A DNA stretch of 64,000 nucleotides from Cyanophora paradoxa CCMP329 (lineage: Eukaryota > Plantae > Glaucophyta), in NCBI GenBank assembly GCA_004431415.1, contig QPMI01000584.1, positions 47,106 to 111,105 of the forward strand. Reading direction: 5' to 3'. Every line of letters starts with the position of its first letter. The stretch's first letter is position 1. The position numbers and the translations under genes are program-made. Positions 20,201-31,599 of this stretch are shown here, piece after piece. The notes beneath the pieces are model-generated. The model was not told the DNA's origin. It ran no database searches and saw nothing but the letters and a program-made list of their open reading frames with translations.

Positions 20201-23200
20201 ATCTCCGCCCATGTCCCCGCCCGCATCTGCGCCTGCATTTGTAGTTGCAGGAGCTCGAGAGTCATTCTCTTGCATGCCCTCGGAACGTCACTGCGCGGCT
20301 TGGACATTTAGAGCATTCGCACCGGCCGATGCATCTGGAGGATTGGCGGCGGCGGACCCGGCGGCAAATGCCGCCGCTGCTGTCATTGCTGCCCCGACCG
20401 CTTTGCCGACAGCCGCAGCGCTGTTGTCTTCTGCTCCACAAAATCAGCGGTTGCCAAGGTGGAACAGTTAGAAAAAGGCGCCAGCTGTCTTGTACCTGTA
20501 GCAACTGGCGGCTCCACCACGACGGCCGGCGGGGCATCGGGGCTGAGCGTGATCGAGAAGCGGAGGACCGTCTCGACGTTGAACGTGTCGTACACGGAGA
20601 GCGCGAACGAGTAGGCGCCGAAGGCGAGAGCATAGGGGAACGTGACGGAAGCGTCGAAGGCGCTCTGCTTCGACTCCGAGGCGGCGAGCTCAGCGGAGAG
20701 ATTCACGGGGCCGGCGAGCTGCGTCCACCGCTTTCGAAGAAGCGGCGCGTTGCTGGACACAAGAACGACGAGCGTCGAGGTCGTGTTCAGGTAGGTGACT
20801 TTCGCGATATACGGAAGCGCCTGTCCAGTCTCTGCAAGGGGCCCGGGGCGGTCAAGCGATTCACTTGCGAACCGGGCGATCGGTCGTGCGAAACAAGCGG
20901 CGCACCAGCCGTCGGCTCGTCCTCCAGCGCGCTGACCGCGAGGACGGGCGCGCCGCCGAAGACAGAGCTGATCAGCGCCCTCGCCTCTGGCTTCTGCAAG
21001 CCAGCAACGATCGCCCGCAGCTCCGCGTCCGTCTGCGAGTACTGCGGCCAGGGGAGGCGCAGCAACCTGAAGCGGATGAGGACGCTCCCGCGGGAGACGG
21101 AGAGGTCGTAGATCTGGCTCCTCTGAAAGGTGCTGTTGCAAGCTCTGACGAGGACTTCCTGCAGGTCTACGAGGGAGCCGTTCATGTACTTGGCCTCGAA
21201 TGCATCGTAGTCCATACTCAGCTTGATCGAGATTGTTGTATCTGGAACGATAATCAATTTACGATCAGCACACTTTTGCATTTATGATTCTGGTGAGTGT
21301 GCGTCTGATGTAGCGCGCATGCGCACTCAGCGGAGGGGCGACCATGAAGTTGGAGCGGGCGACGGATGCGAAGCCCCGGGAGTCCGTCACAGTCAGCGCG
21401 ACGTCGTAGAGACCCAGCCTCGGCCGGAGCAAGAAGATCGAGCAGTTCGCCGCCCGCAGCAAGCCGGTAGAGTCCGCTTCGGAAAGCTCCAGTGGCGTTT
21501 GCGGCGCAGACCTCAGCGACTGCGTGCGTGGGTCTCGATTTCAGGGAAAATACACAAGACGTTTGCCACATGTACAGTGCAAATAAACGCAATAAACGGT
21601 ATCGGTGCACGCGCACCACCGCCCACGAGCAGTTAGCAACTGAGTCATTCGCCCAAACAACGGGCGAGATCGAGAACGTCGCCTGTGAGCTGGACGACAT
21701 GCCGACGAGCCTCTGGGATCCAGAGCTCCGGGACCCGTCGAGGAGGAGGCTCACGATCGGCAGGGTGAGGGCGCCCGACGTCGACACGACGGAGACCGGC
21801 GGTCGGAAGGAGCGGGCTGCGTAATAAAGTGAGCTAGATTTCAAAACAACTGCATGAATGACAACGACTAACCTGTCTTCACCGTTATGTTGACCGAGGT
21901 CCAGGGCACGAGCGTGTTGGCCGGGCAGCCGCAGAATCGGAAGATGGGAATAGCGACATCGACAATGCCGTCCGGGAGGCCGAGGAGCTCGTCGATGTTG
22001 ACGGACAGCCGCGCGGTGATGTTGAACCAGAACCGCGTCAGCGCCGGGTTGCCCATCGCGAAGCTGGGGTCGAGGAGGGGAGAAAGGGGAGACACATCGA
22101 AAATGACGGCCGCGGACTCGTTTGCAGTAAATCCCGCAAGCGGCTTCACAACGGGCTTGCTGAGCATTTTAAAAAGCATCTCAACCTCGCTCGCATTTAT
22201 CTGCCGCGATGGTCAGGAATATCTACTGCACCGAGGCAGTGCCGAAAAACATACCTTGACGGCTGACGTAAACACGCAAGTTGCCGGCACCAAAAGATAC
22301 ATTGTGGTCGGACTGCACACCATAGAAGCCCTGATTTGAATACGCAATTGCAATTAGCTAGAATAACCAGATGCACACTTGGAGGCATACCCCTCTTCCG
22401 GCCGTATCTGTGGAAGCACATTGAATGTCCGAGCGACGACTACAGAAGCCGAACCTAGCGACGTCGATACTTGCGGGATGATGCCCGTTGAGGCCTGAAT
22501 CAGCAAAATACTTGCACTGCTGGTTGTGGATACCGTGCTGCTCAAAACAAACCGAACGGAGAAAGGGAGCGCTGAAGCGCGGCTTGGCCAGTCCGCCGGC
22601 GTAAAAACTGCCCTCACAGCGCCCGAACCAGTACTAGTGCCGAGAAGACTAAATGCTGTCGATTGAACCTCCAGTGGGTCCCCGTTGCCTGTGCGCGAGA
22701 AGAAGGTGCAATTCGTCTGCTCTCCCTCGAGCAGAGTGAACGAGACGCATTCGATGAAAGACTGCGGTGGAGCGAGTTGGGCCACTGCGGCGCGGAGACT
22801 CTCTCAGACGCCTCAAAAAAACGCGGGCAAGTCAAAAGTCAAACGGGATCCTTCAAACGGGAATCTTACGTGGCGACAGGTTCCAGATGGTCATAATCCC
22901 AGACGCCGCTCCCGAAATGACGAAAGAGCTGTTTGCCGAAGCGCTTGTATACAGTGCGACCGACCACAGGGGATCTGAGAGCGTAGAGATCGGCCGAGCC
23001 TGTGCCACCTCTGACTGGTTCGAGCTGTGCCAGAAACGAACCCGCCCCGTCTCGCCTGCGCTCACAAGGTCGTCAGTATTTTCGATGCAAGGCAACCGCA
23101 TCACGACTGGAAATATGAATTGAAGCTGTTGCGCACCGCTTGTGACAAAGAGCGACCCATCCTTCGAAGCGGCGACCGAGTACACTGCCCCTTCGGAATC

Positions 23201-23917
23201 TGACAGCTGCAGCTTGTTGACAGCTCCGAGCTGAGCGCCGGTGTCTTTCGACCAGACCCGAATCCGCTGAGCGTCCGCATTGTTTGCGACACTGACGAGC
23301 ATTGCAGAGCGCGTTATGAACGCGATGCCGTAGACCCAGTCCGTGTGGCCCCTCAGCACGCGGAGAACGGATCCTGTGGAGACGGACCACAAAACAACAG
23401 TGCGGTCCGCAGAAGCCGTAGCGAATATGTCGCTTGTAGAGAATGCCGCCGACAAAACTACATTGGTGTGGTTGAAAAGCGAACGCAGCTTCGATCCATT
23501 TGAGAGGGACCAGAGAAACACCTCCGCGGACATCGTCCCTGTCACCGCCAACGCGCCATCGGGCGAGATAGCGGCCGCCCGGACTTCGCTACCTTGCGTG
23601 TGGTTAAGCATCAGTTGGACTGAGCTGTCGCTGATGCGCCAGAGGCGAGCGACCGAGTCGGGACCCGCTGCGAGCACGGCCGATGCGTTGGGGTTGAAGC
23701 ACACAGTGAACACGCGTACGGAGCCCTTCGAATTCGCGCCACTGCTGAGTGAGCGCAAGAGTGTGCCGCCCGTCGCATTAACGCTCCAAAGTCGCACGGT
23801 GCCGTCATCCCCTGCCGAGGCCAGCAGGCGTCCTGTGCCGTCGAGCGCCAAGGAGAGCACCCGCCCTGTGTGCCCCGGCAGTGTTGCCGGGGGCGCGTAC
23901 TCCGGCTCCGATGCCAC
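17252..23917 (-). CDS. Multi-exon host gene: WD40 propeller + PKD/Ig-like and SEA-like modules + acidic low-complexity region + multi-TM C-terminal region; start uncertain, 3' part missing at the virus junction
   Basis: WD40 repeats at 22853-23917 (GHT..V..LA..LASAGDDGTVRLW); PKD-like LDGSRS, GLYDVALTVTDSRG and WTQLAGP; SVSRGSVLIRF; hydrophobic exons near 20400, 18700, 18100 and 17280. Confidence 0.7.
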
Positions 23918-25569
23918 TGCAGCTGCAGCATGTTAACTATTCGATGGCGGCGCAAATCATCACATGGTCAGAATTCGAAATGCTGTTAACGCACCGATCG
24001 CGAGTACCAGAAAGGTGCAAGTGATTGTCAAGATCGATATGCAGATATCGCGATTAATATTGGCTATGTGCACATAATTGATTCTACGGCCGCGGCGATA
24101 TAATCGATACCGATGGCATCGATCCAGATGACCGCTGGCGTCTCTGCATAAGCGGAATGAGGTGTCCAGAGACGAATTCGAACTCTGCACGTGAGCACCA
24201 TCGATATCAAATTTCGAATCCAGAAGGTTAAGCTTAAGTTCATATCATACTATAGCTAGTAGGAGCGTGCGGCCAGCTCAGAGGCTGCAGAGTTAACGTT
24301 AAGTTAGAGGAGCTTTTAAATTTAATGATCGCGCGCGTAGGGAATCTATAGCGCATACTTCTTTAGATCGTTACTATATTCTACTCCAGCCTCGATATCT
24401 CGATCCGATGATCGGCGCGCGGTCGGCCGCTGTTGGACCAAGCAAACGCCGCGCGGCTGCGCACATGCATGCACACCGGTACCGTCATCGCGATGAACTC
24501 GCCGACTGTGAAGCTTGTTCAAGCGAAAGTGTTGACTCTGGTTGCTAACCGCTTAATAAACGCGTCCACGTTGGCTGGCCATGGATGTGTGCGAGAGGAA
24601 GTACACGGGACAATTGCAAGCTGATCATGACCACCTATCTGACGCATGTGGCCGCGGATCGGATGTGGCCGATGCTATAGGTAGCACGTGCATGTATACG
24701 TACATGTACACGAACAAACCCTGCGATGCGCAATGCATATGTACATGCGCCGCGGCGCAATGCAGCTGCAGTTGCTGCAATTTGCAAGCAGGATATTAAT
24801 GCTACTAGTGTGTGCCAGTGTGCCACGCTCTACATCTATGTCCACTCAGTATACGTAGCGGAGAACTGGCGAGCAGATCCAGACTCTGGAGCCGGAGCTT
24901 CTCTAGGGGACTCTTCGGGAGTGGAGCTAATCGGATCATTGGACATTTGGGCCCCAAAGAGCATGCGCAGCTGCCGCAGTGCGCCGCAGCCTGCACATAC
25001 CCCTGGTACTGTAGAACTGGTTTATGTACTGTAATTCGGGTAATATTTAAGACCCCAAAATAATTAGTAATCCCGGGGTTTGGTCGGTTTAGTAGGCTGA
25101 AAATAATTAAGAGTTGGCCGCGCGGACCGCTTTAGTAGCGGCGCCGGCCTTTAGAAGGGGGTGGGCGCGGCGCGCGCTAGGGGTCTAGATCTGTTGGAGC
25201 GTCCGAGCGCCCCTCGCACTTCAGCTAGCTTCTCCCGCGCTGCAACTACGGCTGCGCTACGTACCCCCCAGCACCTCCGAGGCTCAGGTTTAGTATACGA
25301 TAAAACTTTAGTAGTCGGGCCTTCAAACTTTGGTACTATAAAGATCCAGTATACTAAATATTTCCCGACTTACAGTAGTACAGGAAAATATTTAGTAGTT
25401 CGCCAAAACTGTACCGTAGTACATGTCACTTTAGCAAGGGTAAAATCTTTAGTAGGTCGGTCAGACTCGGTCTTCGCAGGGCTTTTGTATGGTGGAGAAG
25501 GGACTAGTACGTACGGAGTCTACGGACTACCCCTAAGAAATCTCGGCTTTAGAGGCAGTAGTACTAGTA

Positions 25570-25813
25570 CTGTAAACGTAGGAATCTTCGAAAGCGTCTT
25601 TATTTCGTCTATATTCGTCAGACCTGCTCTTTGACGAATATTTGATGTTCTTGGACTGAACTTGTGTATGGAGATGGGTACTAACGGCTGACCCGTCTAT
25701 GGCGGAGTTGTGAGGCTGACGAAAATATGATGCTAGCGCTGTCGAAACATATTTCGTCACGATTTTCGGGTTTTGTCGAAATTAAGTCTCGACGAAAATT
25801 TCTACGTTTGCAG
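25570..25813. mobile_element. Tc1/mariner-type MITE
   Basis: Imperfect TIRs CTGTAAACGTAGGAAT / ATTTCTACGTTTGCAG flanked by TA on both sides. Confidence 0.7.
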
Positions 25814-25999
25814 TAGTAGATTACTAGTACCCAGGTAGTAGCGGACTCACAGTCTCACTGAGTCAAACAGTCGACGTCTCACAGGCTGTCATGAATCTCT
25901 CTATAGCTACCGGTAGCTCTGTCAGTCTGTCACAGTGTGTCAGAGTGCTGAGTAAAATTAAACGGTACCGGTACTACTGGTCCGGTAGTGAGACTGCAA

Positions 26000-26209
26000 C
26001 TGTAAAACGAGAAATGTCCCGCGTCACTTTATTTCGGCAAAACCCGAAAATTGCGCCGAAATTGTGGTTCATCCGCATCATATTTTCGGCGGCACAGCCA
26101 GTCCGCCTAGGCGGCGGGTACATTGACTCCGCTCCTGCCATACAACTGCACAATTCTGGCAAAGCGCCGAATACATATTAAGTTCTGCCGGACAATTCTC
26201 GTTTTACAG
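26000..26209. mobile_element. Related Tc1/mariner-type MITE
   Basis: TIRs CTGTAAAACGAGAAATGTCC / GGACAATTCTCGTTTTACAG (1 mismatch), TA on the right; shares AAAACCCGAAAAT with the previous element in opposite orientation. Confidence 0.65.
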
Positions 26210-26347
26210 TACCGGCGTCCGGCCCCGTGACTCCCCTGGGCCGTGAGTCGGAGCCGTGACCCCCGTCTGCCGAGTCCCGGAGTCCGGCCCGGCCCCAGTC
26301 CCGACTCCCGAGCCTCGGAGTCCCGACTCTTGACGTCGATTCCCGAG

Positions 26348-26882
26348 TAGGGTTGCAAAATTGCCACTTACGAGTCAAAAGTTACGACTTACGGGACTTA
26401 CGTGTACGTACATGTAAGTCCGTAAGTGTAAGTCCGACTTACGACTTACGTGCCCCGAGATGGGACTTACGGCCGTAAGTCGTAAGTCCCCCCTGGGGAT
26501 ACTCCCTGCGAGCAGCAAAAAGACCGTAGATTCGAGTTAAAATCGATCTAAATCGATTAGATTTGCACGTCTTACATATTAAGACGTGCTTTAAGGCCTC
26601 TGAACGGGGCGAGAAGGCCCCTGAACGGGCCTCCGGTGGTCATGGTGTCTACCTGGGATGGCACTTTTACTGCTTAAACAAGCCCCTCTACCTCCCAAAC
26701 ACATAGGAAAAGACTAAAGACAATCTATCTCGCAGATTGAGAAGTGTTTTCTGTGGGTTCTGGCCGACTTACGGCCGACTTACGGCAGACTTACGACTTA
26801 CACTTACACTTACACTTATATAATTACACTTACGGCGGGTTTTGGGGGACTTACGCCGTAAGTGGCAACCCTATAATCCCTA
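26348..26882. mobile_element. hAT-type MITE with 8-bp target site duplication
   Basis: Ends TAGGG..TTGCCACTTACG / CGTAAGTGGCAA..CCCTA; TSD TTCCCGAG at 26340-26347 and 26883-26890; many GACTTACG subterminal repeats. Confidence 0.8.
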
Positions 26883-27910
26883 TTCCCGAGCCTCGGAGTC
26901 CCGATCCGTGGTACTCCGATCCCGAGTCCCGACTCCCGAGTCGGGACTCGGGACTCGGGACTCCCGACTCCCGGCCCGGGAGTCCCGATCGCGAGTCCCG
27001 ATCGCGATCGATATCGATATATACCGTAAAACACTTTATTAATGCGCCAGATATTAATGCGTTTTTGGACCCGAGCCGCTAATATGGCTATATATATTAA
27101 ATGCGCCCGCGTTTTGAAGCTTTTTGGCTTTGTGAGGGGGGTACATAACGCAGTATCTTAGCGTTTCGATATTAATGCGCTCCCAAGTTAATGCGTTTTG
27201 CAGGCGGAAACGCATTAATTTAGCCGGCTAGCCGGAGGGGCAAGCCCCGTGGGCTAGACGAGGCCAGCGGAGGGGGGAAGGAGCTTGAATGGGGGGCCGG
27301 GGCCCGGGGGAAAAGAGCCTATCAGAGCCGCCAGCTAGCCGGAGGGGCAAGCCCCGTGGGCTAGACGAGGCCAGCGGAGGGGGGAAGGAGCTTGGGCCGG
27401 GGCCCGGGGGAAAAGAGGCTAGCTTGGCAAGCCGGCTAGCTAGCGGCTAGCGATTCGTTAGTAGCGAAGGGTTTTGGGCGGTCGAGGCAAGCCGGCTTGC
27501 TAGCGGCTCGAGCCGAATTTCGGGCTGGCTAGGCTTGGCTCGAGCCGGCCCGCGACCCCGCTAGCCGCAAGCCTAGCCTGCATGCGCCGGCGGCGCAGCT
27601 GCCCCCCCGGGCCGGCCCCGCGGCCCCAGCCGAGCGGCCCGCCGGGCCGGGCCCCGCCGGGCCGCCGCCCCCGCGAGCGGGCCCGAGACTGGCCGGCAGT
27701 GGCCGCCAGTGGCCGGCCCCGCGGCCGAGTCGATCCTGAGCTCGAGTCCGGAGTCACGCGATTCGTCGGTTAGAGCGATCGCGAGAGCCAATCATCCCAT
27801 TTGCATTTTTGTATTTTTCACCAATTTCCGCAAAAACATTTGCATAGACTTTGATGGACTGTCATGGACTGTGATGGACATCGTGAGTCGTGAGACTCGT
27901 GACTCGTGAC

Positions 27911-28391
27911 TAGGGCTGGGTTCAGTGGAGCCCCCGGGTCCACTCAGTCAGTGGACTTTTTGCGTCAAAGTCACTCAGTGACAACCAGTGAGTGGGGGGT
28001 ACGTGGGTTTTTACACGAAAAACGACCAAAAACGACCTAAATCTCGCTGAGCTTTAAGGCACTACGTGCCTTAACTGTTTCCACGGGCTTTCGATGTGTT
28101 TAGAGGTCATTTGCAACGCAGCTCGAATTGCAGTGCTTCTCGACGCTGCACACCCTTCGCGCCGCGGCCTGCGGCACTCCGACGTTAAGTACCCCCACGA
28201 CGTTCCACCTAAATTGCTAGGTGGCGGATGGGTCCTATTTTTTGGCGCCGGATACCCCCCCTATGCAGCGCTGGCTGAGGTCCGGCTCACTGGCCTCATA
28301 CATTTTTCTTTGTGCGAGTGAGCCAAAATCTCCACTGAGTCAGTGCAGTGGGACTCTCGACCCTCCACTGGTTTCACTGGACCCAGCCCTA
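27911..28391. mobile_element. hAT-type MITE with 8-bp target site duplication
   Basis: TIRs TAGGGCTGGGTTCAGTG / CACTGGACCCAGCCCTA; TSD CTCGTGAC at 27903-27910 and 28392-28399. Confidence 0.88.
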
Positions 28392-28446
28392 CTCGTGACT
28401 CGTGAGTCGTGAGTCGTGAGACTCGTGACTCGTGAGTCGTACTACT

Positions 28447-28738
28447 GTGTGGCACGAAATTACCGCGGCATAAATTACCGCGTTAGAAACTCCGGCCCGA
28501 GGGTGGCCAAAATACCGCGGCACCAAATTACCGCGTTTTAAAAAACAACGAGGCTAGCGCTTGTATGAGGCGGTTGAGGCGGTTATTCAGGGGGGTACTG
28601 TATAGGGTAACTTCAGAAGCGAATTACCGCGGTACCGTCGTACCGAATTACCGCGTTTTAAAACATTCTCGACGCGGTAATATTTATAATTGGTACTGCG
28701 GTAATATTAAGTGGGCGCGGTATTATAGTGCCACACGG
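28447..28738. mobile_element. Tc1/mariner-type MITE
   Basis: Ends CTGTGTGGCAC / GTGCCACACGG with repeated AATTACCGCG subterminal motifs. Confidence 0.55.
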
Positions 28739-28769
28739 TGCGGCACGGTATACACGCTCAGCGCGCGGA

Positions 28770-30190
28770 AGTTACCGTGTTACCGTAGTCTCTCAAAAAC
28801 AAAAATGGATTTTAATGCGGTACCAAATTAATGCGTTTCGAATTAAGCATTTTGGCTGCTGTAGGGGGTACATAACGCATTTTTGCGAAAATGACGATAT
28901 ATTGATGGCACTACCACATCAATCTATCGGGCCCTTCCGAAAGTAGACAAGTCGAGTCTACCTAAACCGAAGTTTACCAGTCTGCCTCACTACGAAGTAG
29001 AAAGTAGCAAAACAGCTGGCCATGAGCCCACCCTAAGAGAGTCCTGTCAAAATAGCTATAGACTGCGCGAGCAAGGTTTCTCGTTTTCCGATAGCCTGCC
29101 TATCCAGCGAACAGCCTACAACAGGATGCATAAGAGCACATCCCTCTAAAGGGAGTCAGGAAGCAGGAAAGGATCTGCGAAGAAACCCAACCTCAGAGTA
29201 AGGCGGCGATGAAAGAGAAAACGTAGCGTCGCGCGTGTCGCCTACTACTCCTACTTCTATATTTAGGGCGAGAGAAAGAGAAAGGAGGGCGACTGCGGGT
29301 GGCGTGCTTTGCCCCCAACTCCGCCCGCGGCGACCCACGAGGGGCCGCCGCTGGAGCGGTTTGCCAGGAGCGAGCCGCCACCGCGCGCCGGATCGGAGTC
29401 CCTCATCCTCGAGCTCCCGCCGCAGTACGTGAGGATCGATGCGCCGCCGCCGAGACCGCGCCCCAGGCCGCCGCGAGCCGCGCCGGATGTTGCAATTGCC
29501 GTCTCCGAACCGCCTGCGAGCGCCCCGGGTGCCCGCGGAGGGGAAGAGAAGCACGGGCCGCCAAGGGACAAGAACTCGGAGGCGATGCGGAGAGGAGGAA
29601 CCGCGCGCCGGGAGGGGTTGGTGACGCGAGCTGGGAGAGCGCCGGATGGCGCGACGGGCCCCCGCGCAGCGGGCGGCGGTGGGGATGGCGTCAGCTGGCG
29701 ACTAAGGCGATCCTACTCGCTTCGGCTCTGCAGCCTTCTACTCTGCTGGACGCTGTTGGATGGTGCGACCGAAGAGCAACCTGCGCGCTCGCGGGGGATC
29801 CGCCGCGCCCGGGGCGTCCTTACGCGCACGGCGCACGATCCATGGCCAGGACGAGCCCAGATCGGCGCCAGACCCGCCGGGCGTGGCTGTCGATCCTTCC
29901 CGAGATTGCGCTAGCTGGCTAAAGAAGACGAAGCTGCTACGCACTGCCCCCCGCGGGGTGCACGATCGCGAGGGCGCCGCCAAGGCGGCCCTCGCAACCC
30001 CGTACCCCCCCGAGGGAATCAGGGGGTACATAACGCACTTTTCTTAGCGTTTCGATATTAATGCGGTCCCAAATTAATGCGTTTTGCCAGCAGAAAACGC
30101 ATTAATTTGGGACCGCATTACTTAATTTGTTTTTTGAGAGACCGCATTACTTAAGTGCGCGCATTAATATTACTTAAGTGTTACACGGTA
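28770..30190. mobile_element. Non-autonomous TIR element (pogo/Tc1-like ends) with an internal 1.16-kb segment
   Basis: Ends TACCGTGT / ACACGGTA, inverted GTCTCTCAAAA and ATTAATGCG repeats; a related shorter copy starts near 27021. Confidence 0.55.
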
Positions 30191-31064
30191 CCAGTATTTG
30201 GAACCGTATCGCCGCCGATTCGCCGGCGGCCAGTGCCCTATTCGCCGGTACCGGCCGTTGATGGTCCCCGTGATCATGACTCCGATTCATGAGGGGCGCC
30301 GTCACGCCGCTGTGACTCTTGTGATCATGAGTCCCGTCACTGACTCCCATGGCCCATGGGCCATGGCCCATGGCCCGTAAGCCGGCGCCGGCGCGATCTA
30401 TTAAATATTTCCCGCCTGCTAACTTTAGTAAAGTCGAGAATTCGTAGGGGTAGCCCTGTCTCCACCATACAAAAGCCTTATATAATTACTAAAAGTTTAC
30501 CAGCTGCCTGTAAGTAGGGCTCCGGTCCGGGTCGCCTGACCCGCGGGTGGACCCGTGGGTCGCCTGACCCGCGGGTCACGGGTCGAGGTGGTGACCCGGC
30601 GGGTCGGGTCCATACAAGGACATTTTAGCAGGTACCCTCAGCAAAATGCCGCCAAAACGCGCAGCCGGGGTCTAGATCTCCCGAGCCGCCAGCGATGACG
30701 AGCCGCTGCTGCAACAACGCCTGCAACAACAACGGCTGTAAGCCCCTGTAAAAGTTAACCAGCTGCCTGTTTACCAGTTTACCAGCTGCATGCGCGCAGG
30801 TAGCCCTGCAGGCTGCAGCTGTCTCCTGTAGCCCTGTAAAGCGGCAGTTTATTCGCGAAGTACTAATTATTTTCCTGTACTCGATTAACTAGTTCTTCTA
30901 GATCGACATGTACAGTACCCTGTAACCGGTAGTTCGAAACAAATTCGCCGTGTTCAGTGTTCGTTCGTTCGGTAGGCGAGCGACGGTAGCCCCCGTGTTC
31001 ATTGTTCGAATTCAGTGAATTTCGAACATGCATATGTTCGAACTGCGAGCTCGAGCTCCTCGCT

Positions 31065-31065
<1 letters not shown>

Positions 31066-31112
<47 letters not shown>

Positions 31113-31126
31113 ACACACACACACAT

Positions 31127-31204
<78 letters not shown>
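31066..31204 (+). repeat. Poly-C tract followed by (CA)n microsatellite
   Basis: Directly visible. Confidence 0.98.
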
Positions 31205-31207
<3 letters not shown>

Positions 31208-31599
31208 CCCCCATGGCCAACGGTCCCCACCCCTCGAGCTCTCCGCGGCCGGGGCCCGCGGCCCGGACTCCCGGACTTCGGCGCGCGCGCGGAGAAACCC
31301 GGGCCTCTAGCTCGTGGCAGCCTCGTGCGGATTATTGCGTATATACAGAATGCGTATTATATTACAGAATAGAGGCAGACTAGCCTGTATTTGATGACTC
31401 AGCTGCAGGCCCGCGACACGCGCTAGAAATTAAATGAGCTGTTTCCATCATGCCACGGCGGCCATCATGCATGGGCGGTCCGACGTCGACGTGATTGTAA
31501 CGGTCACGTCAGTGGGGCCGCCCCGCGAGCGAGGGGTGCCGCTCCCGCGTCTGCGCATGCACGCCGCCCCGCCCCCGGAGTCTCGTCAAGCCAGGCCGG

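Noticed and set aside
29156-30047. Transposase within the TIR element
   Set aside because: No DDE, HTH or other recognisable motif in any listed frame.
30863-31383. CV/HT-repeat proteins
   Set aside because: Translations of the (CA)n and poly-C microsatellite.
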